Positions 38,201 through 49,487 are shown, counted from the stretch's first letter. The stretch: DNA of 64,000 nucleotides from Haliotis rubra (GCF_003918875.1 NW_025765247.1:62001-126000), one strand, 5' to 3'. Notes: a model not told the origin generated them from the letters alone. Numbers and translations are program-made.

Positions 38201-39548
38201 AGGATCTGCTGTCTGGGTTCGAGTCCCTGATTAGCTCTCAATATCATCTATGTCTTGGCAATATAGATCTCTTATGATTTTGGAAACGGTTTTGTCGCAT
38301 GTGTTTTAATAATTATTATCAATTTCACCGAAAAAAGGAAATATCTTTGATCTGCATTACCGTGTTCCTTCCTTACACATTACTGAAATACTTCCTTAAA
38401 ATCATACTGAAACAAGTTGATTGTTTATGGTGTTCATATGCAATCCAGCAATGTAATTATCTGTTCTCAGTTGTGCTGATGGAACAATTGTATTGCAGAT
38501 ACTCCGTATCCAGAACAGAGAAAGGTACCAGAAGTACCAGCTGCTGAAACAGTCCATGAACGATAGACCTGAGAGCAACGTTAGACTTCTCTGGCGTGGC
38601 ACCAACGTGGATGATATTGACGATATCAATACACACGGCTTCGACATTGCACATCGTGGTGACAATGGTAAAATATTACATAACTGAAACTTAGTTACTT
38701 TATAACAGTTTTGACATGTATACAGAAAAACCTATCGCATTGAATACGATATTATCACAAAAGATCGTTTTCCAAGAGCAAACTTCATTGTCACATCAAG
38801 TAAATGTTGCTCCATGAAGCTATGAGGCTTCTTTGAGATGGTATAGGCGATTCTACTCAGTAACTGGGTATGCTTTTGAACTGACGAATTATATTTACGT
38901 CATCATCCTTTGGCCGATTGACGTTTCGTTAGCGTGAGGTTCCAATGTTCAAATCTACATGAATCGAACAAACCAAAAATTACCTATTTCAAGATGTATT
39001 ATTTCCAACATCGTGACAATACCGAACTCTTTGATTCCACAAACTGTGAATTAAGTGCGAGGCCAAAGTTTTCCATACATTAACGTCTTAGAAAATCTAC
39101 GTCGGAACGTGACGTTTCAACCATGCCGTGATTATCACTTTAAAAATGGTGACTTTGTGATGTTTCGAAGTACAGACTGATCCTAAATTATTTAACGAAA
39201 TATACTACCCTATCTGCATCTTCATTTGACTTTCATAATTGCATTTTCCAAATCAACTAACTTTATTAATTATTCATAGATACCATCTACGGAAAAGGCA
39301 TGTGCTTCGCCACAGAGGTCAGTTGTGCGACTCAGGACAAATACTGCCATCGAGACTCGAACGGCATTAGGTACATCTACCTATGCCAGGCAATCACCGG
39401 TGAACGCACTAAAGCGGACGAGACGATGGCGCCAGCGATGATCATGATGGATGGACCTCCATCCCAATATATCATTTTCAGAGAAACACATGTATATCCA
39501 CAGTATTTATTTGCAATTAAACAGCTACATGGTGACAATGGTGACTGA
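26212..39548 (+). CDS. Macro-PARP paralog B (PARP9/PARP15-like architecture: macro, degenerate macro, ART), predicted catalytically inactive ART, about 628 aa
   Basis: Exons 26212-26455, 29815-29876, 30133-30369, 32774-32992, 33294-33366, 34215-34316, 36736-36909, 37329-37511, 37944-38098, 38499-38667, 39280-39548 total 1887 nt, all GT-AG and in frame. Motifs ADVIVNSTN, TIAFPALGTG, RIQN, LWRGT, YGKGMCFA, YPQY. Assignment of the first exon is less certain. Confidence 0.82.
26250..26441 (+). repeat. 96-bp in-frame tandem duplication in exon 1 of gene B
   Basis: Copies 26250-26345 and 26346-26441 differ at one synonymous site (TCA/TCG). Confidence 0.95.
27255..29550. repeat. 28-bp minisatellite with 23-bp variants (about 2.3 kb)
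   Basis: Unit ttacaagtcaggttacatgagagtggca. Confidence 0.95.
30455..32410. repeat. 35/36-bp minisatellite (about 2 kb), including a copy of adjacent unique intron sequence
   Basis: Unit gtggctaacaccagtggtaatgtgtcatgtgtcct; about 30385-30530 is repeated at about 30930-31075. Confidence 0.95.
32600..32762 (+). mobile_element. Family A SINE inserted at a 3' splice site of gene B
   Basis: Flanked by cctgtgtatag (32589-32599) and cctgggtacag (32763-32773). Confidence 0.88.
33730..33992. repeat. 31-bp minisatellite (about 8 copies)
   Basis: Unit attgattcacagtctctgtgttccagcattc. Confidence 0.9.
34465..34719 (+). mobile_element. SINE-like family C
   Basis: 12-bp TSD tctttatattaa; internal duplication of the head hairpin. 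Confidence 0.88.
35075..35987 (+). mobile_element. 5'-truncated LINE 3' end (RTE-X-like C-terminus)
   Basis: FKLSNHRLPVESGGW...RKCTLCTLDVIGDEYHYLF; ends in gaataaag. Confidence 0.8.
37067..37275 (+). mobile_element. SINE-like family C
   Basis: Matches consensus; head partly deleted. Confidence 0.8.
37635..37876 (+). mobile_element. SINE-like family C (near-consensus)
   Basis: TSD cgttttg(a/g)agtt. Confidence 0.9.
37944..39548 (+). CDS. ART (PARP catalytic) domain exons of paralog B
   Basis: Three exons translate to VWDNM...ILRIQN...LLWRGT...INTHGF...YGKGMCFA...YIYLCQAITGE...PSQYIIFRETHVYPQYL, colinear with the PARP14-type ART domain. Confidence 0.9.
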
Positions 39549-39685
39549 AATAACTTTGCCCTGTGTAAAAGTAAATGACTGCAACGGGTTTTTGTACATT
39601 CTAAGATTCCTGCGTGTCAATTTGTCTACAGGCAAAACCTGCGCCAAGACTTCAGCATGTCAAGCCTACTCATGTGAGGAAAGCA

Positions 39686-41360
39686 CTGACAGTGCCTGTT
39701 GATAGCGATGTGTATTTGAAATAGTTCATCTTACTGTAGCAGTTACGAAAGTGACAGTGCCTGTTGATAGCGATGTCTATTTGAAATAGTTCATTTTACT
39801 GTAGCAGTTACGAAAGTGACAGTGCCTGTTGATAGCGATGTTTATTTGAAATAGTTCATCTGATTGTTATAGTCATTAACGTGACAGTGCCTGTTGATAG
39901 AGATGTCTATTTGAAATAGTTCATTTTACTGTAGCAGTTACGAAAGTGACAGTGCCTGTTGATAGCGATGTCTATTTGAAATAGTTCATCTGATTGTTAT
40001 AGTCATTAACGTGACAGTGCCTGTTGATAGCGATGTCTATTTGAAATAGTTCATCTGATTGTTATAGTCATTAACGTGACAGTGCCTGTTGATAGCGATG
40101 TCTATTTGAAATAGTTCATTTTACTGTAGCAGTTACGAAAGTGACAGTGCCTGTTGATAGCGATGTCTATTTGAAATAGTTCATCTGATTGTTATAGTCA
40201 TTAACGTGACAGTGCCTGTTGATAGCGATGTCTATTTGAAATAGTTCATTTTACTGTAGCAGTTACGAAAGTGACAGTGCCTGTTGATAGCGATGTCTAT
40301 TTGAAATAGTTCATCTGATTGTTATAGTCATTAACGTGACAGTGCCTGTTGATAGCGATGTCTATTTGAAATAGTTCATTTTACTGTAGCAGTTACGAAA
40401 GTGACAGTGCCTGTTGATAGCGATGTCTATTTGAAATAGTTCATCTGATTGTTATAGTCATTAACGTGACAGTGCCTGTTGATAGCGATGTCTATTTGAA
40501 ATAGTTCATCTGATTGTTATAGTCATTAACGTGACAGTGCCTGTTGATAGCGATGTCTATTTGAAATAGTTCATTTTACTGTAGCAGTTACGAAAGTGAC
40601 AGTGCCTGTTGATAGCGATGTCTATTTGAAATAGTTCATCTGATTGTTATAGTCATTAACGTGACAGTGCCTGTTGATAGCGATGTCTATTTGAAATAGT
40701 TCATTTTACTGTAGCAGTTACGAAAGTGACAGTGCCTGTTGATAGCGATGTCTATTTGAAATAGTTCATCTGATTGTTATAGTCATTAACGTGACAGTGC
40801 CTGTTGATAGCGATGTCTATTTGAAATAGTTCATTTTACTGTAGCAGTTACGAAAGTGACAGTGCCTGTTGATAGCGATGTCTATTTGAAATAGTTCATC
40901 TGATTGTTATAGTCATTAACGTGACAGTGCCTGTTGATAGCGATGTCTATTTGAAATAGTTCATTTTACTGTACCAGTTACGAAAGTGACAGTGCCTGTT
41001 GAAAGTGATGTCTGTTTAAAATAGTTCATCTTACTGTATCAGTTACGAAAGTGACAGTGCCTGTTGAAAGTGATGTTTATTTGAAGTAGTTCATCTGATT
41101 GTTATAGTCAATAACGTGACAGTGCCTGTTGATAGCGATGTCTATTTGAAATAGTTCATCTTACTGTACCAGTTACGAAAGTGACAGTGCCTGTTGAAAG
41201 TGATGTTCATTTGAAGAAGTTCATCTGATTGTTATAGTCATTAACGTGACAGTGCCTGTTGATAGCGATATCTACTTGAAATAGTTTATCTTACTGTACC
41301 AGTTATTAAGGTGTCAGTGCCTCTTAAAAACGATGTCTATTTAAAGTAGTTCATCTCACT
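39686..41360. repeat. 65-bp tandem array (about 26 units): constant 44 bp plus one of two 21-bp variants
   Basis: gtgacagtgcctgttgatagcgatgtctatttgaaatagttcat followed by tttactgtagcagttacgaaa (A) or ctgattgttatagtcattaac (B). Confidence 0.95.
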
Positions 41361-41559
41361 GAATTACTTGCAAATACCAGCAGATCAGGATAGTACTGAC
41401 TTGTGCCTCCACGTGAAACACATAAGAAGGTACTGCAACAACAATGTCATAGATCTTATGTACATTATCCGTTGACTTCTAGAGGAGCAACACATGTAAA
41501 GGTTTTTGTGATGCTTCGATAGTGAACAAACGTTTACGTCGATAAAGAACAATAAAAAG

Positions 41560-41770
41560 CCGGCTTAGAACTGATCTTCAGCAACCCATGCTTGTCGTAA
41601 GAGGCGACTAACGGGATCGGGTGGTCAGGGTCGCTGACTTGTTTGACACATTCATCGGTTCCAAGTTGCGCAGGTCGATGCTCATAGTGTTAATCTTTGG
41701 ACTGTCTGGTCCAGACTGGAATATTTACTCGGTTGCAGCCCTATAGCTGGAATATTGCTAAAAACAAACT
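41560..41770 (+). mobile_element. SINE-like family C
   Basis: Matches consensus. Confidence 0.82.
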
Positions 41771-42894
41771 TTATTAACATCAAACTTATATCTATTTGAA
41801 CATTGTTGTAATTATCCCGAATAATTTATTCATTTAGATTTTCTTTAGTGGTTATACAATGTACACTGCAATAAAGAGGTAAATAAGCTGGAAGCACTGA
41901 GGTCATTTGTCAGAAGTTTCATCCAAATGTGTTCATTAATCTATATCTATGTAGATGCGGACTCAGGTTAGAAATGGCCCCTAACCGCCTACAAAACACA
42001 TGCACATGTAAGAGGCAACGAGATGGATTGGGATCACAGGGGTTGGAATCACTGTTTGGACAATAATTTTTAGAAATAAAAATCTAGACTTTTGCAATTG
42101 TATATTGTTTATATATGTTATGATTAATATATGTTTCAAATTTGAATGAAATCGGTGTGGAAATGAATATTTTAGAAAACTCATTATTTTATGTAGTTAT
42201 TGCCCAAACAGTAATTCGAATCCCTGTGATTGGGATGCCAGGCTATGTGGATTGGGCGTCATTTTACTTCGCCCGAATCGATCGTTGTTCGCAATATGGA
42301 TCACTGGATTGTCTGGTCCAGATTTGATAATTTTGATGATATTGTTGCAATATCATTGAATACGTGGTGAACCATAAATACAATGCCGGTGTTGAGAAAG
42401 GGTCATAATATTTAATTAGTTATAACGGATTCATAGTTTAGACCATGTAGAGATCAAGGCACAATATGCACATATCATAACATCAGGAATTCCAATACGT
42501 CTTTCAAAATACACAAAAGTTGATGTCGGTTCTAAGATACGTGCACGTGAACCTGATGGAATACACCTGTATATACTCAAGTGAGTAAATTCCTTTTTTC
42601 TGGAACACCTGGTGTCATCACTGACTTTCAGTAATTCAGTTATACAGTTTTCACAGCTATTATCCCCCTTTACACCGAAACGGATTTTGTTTCTGAGTAT
42701 AGTCAACACTGACATTGTATATTACTTCCCATAATCATGTTTGTTTAGTTGTTGTTTTGTAAGTCTGAAACTATTCTGATGCAGTTAGCCCACATGTTAA
42801 CCACGAAGATTCAACATCACAATAATCCATAGTGTAATTCGGATATTGCCTACTACAAAGGAAACAATATGTACTAAAAACTCAAGTTTGCAAG

Positions 42895-43055
42895 GAGTGA
42901 GTGAGTGAGTTCGGTGTACGCCGCTTTTAGCAATATTCCAGCAATACCACGGACACCAGAAATGGGCTTTACACAATATAACGATATGGGGAATCGAACC
43001 CGGGTCTTCAGCGTCACGAGCAAACGCTTTAAGCTCTAGGTTACCCCACCGCCCC
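42895..43055 (-). mobile_element. tRNA-derived SINE, family A
   Basis: Reverse complement of family A. Confidence 0.85.
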
Positions 43056-43495
43056 TTTGCACCCACAGCTATTGAGCAACTTATCAACTGGGTAAAGCAG
43101 ACTGCACAAAGTGAAACATGTCATCATTCATGTGTACTTCACTTTGTGAGAGGCATGGACTTGAACAGAATGTACACGTGTTACATGCTGGAAATATAGG
43201 GGACGTAGGTTATGATCCGATGAAATTATGTAATAACAAGAGCAACAATGTTTGATTTATGACTGGATTCTTTATTACGTTTGTCTCACAGCTTGTCGTG
43301 CAGGTGTGTCTAAATGATTTACGACTATAATACATGTTGAAGTAATAACCTGTTTATCTACCTGTGTATTATCAGTATATATGCGCATCGATGTCGTTGA
43401 AATAGAAGCAACACCTAGATGTACATGTGTATGTATATGAAAGAAACCCGGGAAAATATCTTCTACTGCATATTCCTCTTACTCACAAAAAAACT

Positions 43496-43628
43496 GGGGG
43501 CGGTGGGGTAACCTAATGGTTAAAGCGTCGGCTCGTCACGCTGACGACCCGGGTTCGAATCCCCACATGGGCACAATGTGTGAAGCCCATTTATGGTGTC
43601 CCCCGTCGTGTTATTACTGAAAAATTGC
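43496..43628 (+). mobile_element. Family A SINE, 3'-truncated at the hairpin preceding the Crypton region
   Basis: Consensus match stops before taaaagcggcgtaaaac. Confidence 0.82.
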
Positions 43629-43635
43629 GTTGAAT

Positions 43636-43725
43636 TATGGTGGCTGATTAGGGCCGTCTCGTGTTATCGCTTTCTCGCCTCCGGATTTTAAGACGAGAAA
43701 GCGATGGCCCTAATCAGCCACCATA
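43636..43725. repeat. 90-nt hairpin flanked by TTGAAT direct repeats
   Basis: 20-bp and 12-bp perfect stems. Confidence 0.85.
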
Positions 43726-44022
43726 TTGAATCCATATCACCCCGCAGAGGTGTGTCGCTAACCGTCATACACCATGTGGGCTACACTTTTCACTTGCGTG
43801 ATAGATGACTTACCTTTTCCTAATGATATCGTCCATATATCTCCCCTAGGTAGATACCAAACCAATTAAATGTACTCTGTGTGCTCGTGATTGCGAACAT
43901 TCGTCAAAACGCTACCTGTTCATGCCATGATCTCTAACGAGAATGTGCACGCTGTTTCCGAGCATATCAATGCAGTTGTGTGTGCACTTGGTGACAGTCG
44001 TTGGCAAACATTACTACAAAAC

Positions 44023-44457
44023 AGTCCGTTTGGCTCAAAAGCGGACCGATGAATTGCAATCTAACTCGAAAACTAATAAACATAACATACTCAACGCTGA
44101 TCATAATCAAAACATCATACCCACTCTGTGAGGTTTTTGCAGAATGTTTGTCCTAAAAATAATAAAGTTGTTTAACAAACTATCATTAAAATATTGACAC
44201 AGTTCACTGTTTGTTACGAGGGAGGAGTGCAGAGAAAGGGACAGCCAGGTGTTCGAGAAGCACGTTCACAGACAAAGTTATTTATTCATTAACCTGTGCT
44301 GTGCCGTCTCCATCCGTTCTCGGACAAAACTTCTGCAAAAACCTCACAGAGTGGGTATGATGTTTTGATTATGATCAGCTTTTCATTGAGTATTTTATGT
44401 TTATTAGTTTTCGAGTTAGATTGCAATTCATCGGTCCGCTTTTGAGCCAAACGGACT
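44023..44457. repeat. About 130-bp inverted repeat (44023-44153 and 44322-44457) just upstream of the Crypton ATG
   Basis: agtccgtttggctcaaaagcggaccgatg... is mirrored by ...catcggtccgcttttgagccaaacggact. Confidence 0.92.
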
Positions 44458-44468
44458 ATAGTAGGATC

Positions 44469-46417
44469 ATGCTTTCTGACGAGTCTGATGAAGAATTAGT
44501 TCATGCGTCCCAAGTCATAGAGTCCCAGCTTGGTATAGAAAAAACTGCAACAGGTGAGCGTTTTGTTGAAGCGAATTATGATGAAGTTTTAAATCGTACA
44601 TTGGAAGCTATATCTACAAACACTCAACGCCGAGGCAAATTTGCTGTTAACACTTTTCAAGCATAGGCTATAGCTATGAACAATCGCCGAAGTTCACACA
44701 GAAAGTTAACCTGCACATTAGAAAGCATGTCAGAACAAGAACTGGGGTATTTCATGTCTAAATTTGTCGTTGAGGTTCGGAAGCAAAACGGGGAGCCTTA
44801 TCCACCAAAAACACTGCTGCAATTAGTAATAGGGATCCAGTCTCACATTAAACTACAAACCAAGAGAAATGTGCATTTTCTACAAAATGAAGCCTTCGAA
44901 GAGTTTGGCCAGGTGCTTGATGGGGAAATAAAATGATTAACACGTCAGGGTCTGGGTCAGGAAGTTAAAAAAGCCGAACCATTCACAGAACATTTTTCAT
45001 TGTGGAAGTCAAAACAATTAGGAGATCACAATCCAAGGGTACTTTTGCATACAATTCTGTATTTGAATGGAAAGAATTTCAGCTTACGTAGTGGTCAGGC
45101 GCACAGGAAACTGAAATATGTGAACTCGCAGATTTCTCTCAGTAAAGATAACACTGGGCGAGAATATTTGTTTTATCGAGAAGACTATTCCAAAACTGTA
45201 CAAGATGGGCTAAAACATAGGAAACTCAACCCGAAAGAAGTCAAACACTACCCGAGTTTGAATCCAGAGAGATGTCACGTAAGGCTCTATAACGAGTACC
45301 TCTCCCTCTGCCCTACCGGCGACCATGATGATGCCTTTTATCTCGATCCAGGTTTTGCAGTCGCCCACAGACAAATGCTGGTAAAAACCTTTCAAATATA
45401 ATCTAACATATACATTTAAAGATTATCACTTACTGTTATTAATTATGATTTAGGAAGTAATGTTGCCCAGTACTATTCTATACTGTTTTGGTTTAAGTAC
45501 TAGTATTAAATTTTATTACAAAATAGTACTTTCGAATTCGTACCTATTAATTTAGTAGTAATGATCTAATTATGATTTGCATATATATAATTTAAGTAAC
45601 TAATTAAGAGAAATATTTTAATTGACAGTCGGGTGTGTTAAACAAAATTACCAGAGAAAGTAACGTCTGAATCGATCAAGTCATGTGATGTCCCATTGTT
45701 AAACTTTCGCCCGAGTTGGTATTTCCTGAACAAATGTCTGTGATTGGAAACTTCTGTCATTTCTTCCAGTATTTTGCTAATGTTACTAAAATGCGTATTT
45801 TCAGGTACAGTAGGCAGCCCTTAGGACATAACACGCTGCAGAAGATTGTTCCCGAGATGTGTGCCAGGGCGGGTATTCAAGGTTATAAAACCAATCACTC
45901 GCTACGTGCTACAACTGCTACAAGACTATACAATGCTGGTGTAAGTGAACAGCTCATTATGGAGCGTACTTGTCACAAAAGTGTTACAGGTAATGTTATA
46001 CTGGATATTTTATAACTCCAAAAGCCGATTTTAAAGTACAAAAATGAATAATTTACCGTGAAGGTATAATGCAGTCTTTTTAAATGTTTCAATATGAAAT
46101 ATATATGTAAAATATGTAATAGATGTGTAACAGGTAAGTTTTAACTTTTATAAATTGTCTCATTTTTCAAAATAAGGGTCCGTAGTTACACGAGGACGAG
46201 CGGGGAGCAGGAGAGTATGGTCAGTGCTATTCTTACTACCGACCCTGCTTCTTCTGATAAGGATTCTGAGCCGACTGCAGTAACCGAGACAGTAACTAAA
46301 GAAGCCGTCCAGATGGGTAGGAACACTGCCCCTGAAACATCAACTATTGCGGTACCTCGGTCCGCATATCCAGAGCTTAGATTCGAGAACTGTGTTGTCA
46401 ATTTAGTTATGAGGTGA
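44469..46417 (+). mobile_element. Crypton-type tyrosine-recombinase transposon gene (DUF3504/ZMYM-QRICH1-like), pseudogenised, with two introns
   Basis: ORF pieces 44397, 44676 and 45000 share one frame, broken by TAG 44664-66 and TGA 44934-36. Motifs FVVEVRKQNGEPYPPKTL, FSLRSGQAH (R), YSKT (K), KTNHSLRAT (HxxR), TCHKS (H), VRSY (Y, 46187-89), C-terminal FENCVVN. Introns about 45381-45804 and 45990-46176. Small frameshifts near 45345 and 46177. Confidence 0.88.
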
Positions 46418-46544
46418 ACACTGACAATAAATAAAATCTCAAACATTGTGTTTTCTTTCCTAATTTGTTGTGTGTTGCGGTTAGGACTCTTTCCACAGTA
46501 TTAAAGTGCTGAATATTTCTATATTAGTTTGAACACTTCCAATA

Positions 46545-46821
46545 CACGTGCCGGGGTTACTATTAGGAGGTTACTTCTTACGTGCCTTAAATTTCGAAAT
46601 TTCCATCCGTCGCCTCCAACGGCTATTTTACAGAGGGAATTTTCGAACATTGATTCGAGGCGTAGCCGAGAAGCAATATTCGAAAATTCCCGATATCGAG
46701 TGCAGATACCTACGATTCCGAGGCGAAGCCGAGGAAAGGTGAGGTATCTGCACGAGAACACATCTTATTTGTATACAGCGGTGAAAACAAATATACCTCC
46801 ATATAGATACCTCCGCACGTG
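46545..46821. repeat. Nested inverted-repeat module with two CGAGGCGWAGCCGAG-capped hairpins
   Basis: Hairpins 46635-46691 and 46700-46753; outer imperfect IR ending in CACGTG at both ends. Confidence 0.8.
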
Positions 46822-47509
46822 AAGGTTGGGTGTAGCTATGGAAAAAATCAACCTGTTGAAACAATGGAGATATCATACCCTAGTGGTGTATACACATGTA
46901 TCAGCTTATGTCTCTTGAAAAACATGTGTGCGAAAAGTGACAGGTCATGTATAGAAATGTCCAGTTGAGTGAGCACACCCCACTGAATGAAAAATCGCTC
47001 GACTAGACATACATTATGTCTTTCCATTGAAATGGGATGTACACAGGCCAACACTTTACCGAGAGCAGAATTGAAAGACTTTATCAGATGATGGATATGA
47101 ACATTCCAATTGTTAACTCTCCAGCCTCTAGTGCGGTTAGTTTCCAAACTTGACGTCAACTCGAGGCTTATCTTTCACTGTCGATTTCAAAGGGCGTTAG
47201 AGACTCTTGCTCGGAAACAACAGGTATTATCATGACTGTAACAGTTATATTTAAACACACACTTATGACATGATGGAAACCGTTCACCGGACTCTGCTTT
47301 TAGTGAACGTTTTGATTGTAGAGTGAATTTTGTCGCTTTACTGGCGCTCCGTGTTGCACGGCTGAAGCAATATCTCAACAGGAACACCTAATAGTTGTAC
47401 CCATGTTTGGAATCGAACCAGGACCTACGACCTGATGTTGAAACTGTAACACCGACGGTATACATAGGATTAATCACGATGACACCCGGTGTAGGTGTGA
47501 GTGAACAAG

Positions 47510-47835
47510 GACACCGGGTTTTGGTGAAGTGGATGGTAGCTCGTTTCCGGCGCAACCAACGCCGAGTTAGGGCAAACGTAATATGACACCGGGTGTTAGT
47601 GAAGCGGATGGTAGCTCGTTTCCGGCGCAACAAACGCCGAGTCAGGGCAAACGTAATATGACACCGGGTGTTGGTGAAGTGGATGGTAGCTCGTTTCCGG
47701 CGCAACAAACGCCGAGTTAGGGCAAACGTAATATGACACCAGGTGTTGGTGAAGTGGATGGTAGCTCGTTTCCGTTGCAATAAACGGTGTGTAAGGTAAA
47801 CGTAAGATGACACCAGGTGTTGGTGAAGTGCGTGA
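47510..47835. repeat. 75-bp tandem repeat (about 4.3 copies)
   Basis: Unit gacaccgggtgttggtgaagtggatggtagctcgtttccggcgcaac... Confidence 0.9.
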
Positions 47836-48377
47836 AAGTAGTCCGCTGGTAGCGATGTGTTTGGTAAACGATGACTTGACATACCTGTGACATAGTGTTG
47901 GCAAAGCTGTGCATTTCGAACCTGAGACGAATTGACCACTTGAACCGCCTTATATTAAATTGTATCCCGACTAACACCCACTGCCTACTTCGGTAAAGGT
48001 TTGCTGTAACGGTTCATTTTGTATGTACCCCGCTGGAAATGCCGAACTGTAGAAATTCATTTTACACTTCGTGTTAGTAATTCTTTATCTCGAATAACTG
48101 AGTCACATAAAGATATACGGAAATTACCGATGTTTTACGAATGCAAATCGATGGAAGGGAGATAACTCTAAATTTGTTTTTCTTGTCTGTCGTAGGTATT
48201 TGGCTAACTCTGGTTCTCCTTATTACTCAAACAGTTCAAAATTAACATTGAGGTTTTTGGTAATATAAATACATGTTTCCCTGGGGCCCATGGTCAACGT
48301 ACCCTCTATGTACATCAACCCATGTCCCCTTCGTGACCAGGAAACAACTTGTATTGTGTTTACTAAATATATCAATA

Positions 48378-48479
48378 TGACGTCAGGTTGCTACATTTCG
48401 CTGACAACTGAACATTTCCGTGATCTGTCCTATCAGCAAAAGCAAAACGTATTTTCCAGTGAGACGGATGGGGAAAACC
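48378..48479 (+). promoter_or_regulatory. Candidate CRE and Rel/kB-like motifs upstream of gene C
   Basis: TGACGTCA (48378-48385) and GGGGAAAACC (48470-48479). The TSS is unknown. Confidence 0.2.
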
Positions 48480-49254
48480 ACCATCATTTGTTGTATTGTA
48501 TTGACGAATTCAACCCCAAACCAGGATCCTCATTGAATACGGCGTATGGGTTTCATAGAAAGAAAAATAAACACTGCACATCTAGGGCAAACCTAGACTT
48601 GAACAAGTCTCTAAGGTAATGATTAATAGTTTAAATAATAATTTCTAAAGAATATATTAATAACAGATGTGGTCTGTCCCTTTATCTAGACTTACCTATT
48701 CAAAGGATAGAATTATTATAATTGTATGGGCGTAGCACTCAGTACAGCCTTGGAGCAAGGCTAGAGCAAACAGGGAATGTTGAAATATAAATTGAATGGA
48801 CGGAGTAGTCATGCATGAAATTTTCCTTTGACGTTTTCTACACTCGACAAGCAAATTCAAACAGGATATTATATGATACAATGTACGTGTATATATAGAC
48901 ATCCAGCCAATAATACAGGTACAGTTACTGTTATTAGTCACGCAGGTGTGAGAGAATGAAAGCGTAGTAGACCTATTCTACTCCATATCAAGGAACGTCA
49001 TAGCAGGATGTAGTAATGCAGGTTTGTACCGGACGGGGCGTCTCATACACTGACACTGTTACAGAAGTGGGTGTTGTCTACTGACTATCGTTCTAGGTCC
49101 TGCCACGCTTTGGACGTTTGAAAACGGGACGATTGTAGCAAGGTATGAAGTTTACATAGAAGTACGTGTACATGCCTCTGTGAAGGACACTTAACATCAA
49201 CAGGTGCATAGTGAAATCTGGATCAGTGTTATCCATACCGCCATGATGGTGCAT

Positions 49255-49487
49255 GTTTGCTAATAAGAGACCCGTAAGGTGGATGTTTCCTGGGACACTG
49301 TGTGATTCATATGTCGTGTTGGAAGTTTGCTGATAAGAGACCCGTACGGTGGATGTTTACTTGGATACTGTATGATTCATGTGTCGTGTTGGAAGTTTGC
49401 TGATAAGAGACACGTACGGTGGATGTTTACTGGGACACTGTGTGATTCATATGTCGTGTTGGAAGTTTGCTAATAAGAGAGCCGTAA
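49255..49487. repeat. 70-bp tandem repeat (about 3.3 copies) just upstream of the gene C start
   Basis: Unit gtttgctaataagagacccgta...gtcgtgttggaa. Confidence 0.9.

Noticed and set aside
39686-41360. CRISPR-like repeat/spacer appearance
   Set aside because: Only two recurring 21-bp variants rather than unique spacers, no cas genes, and a eukaryotic context. It is a satellite.
47388-47977. 183-aa Arg-rich ORF and overlapping ORFs
   Set aside because: Products of the 75-bp tandem repeat, with no domain or splice support.
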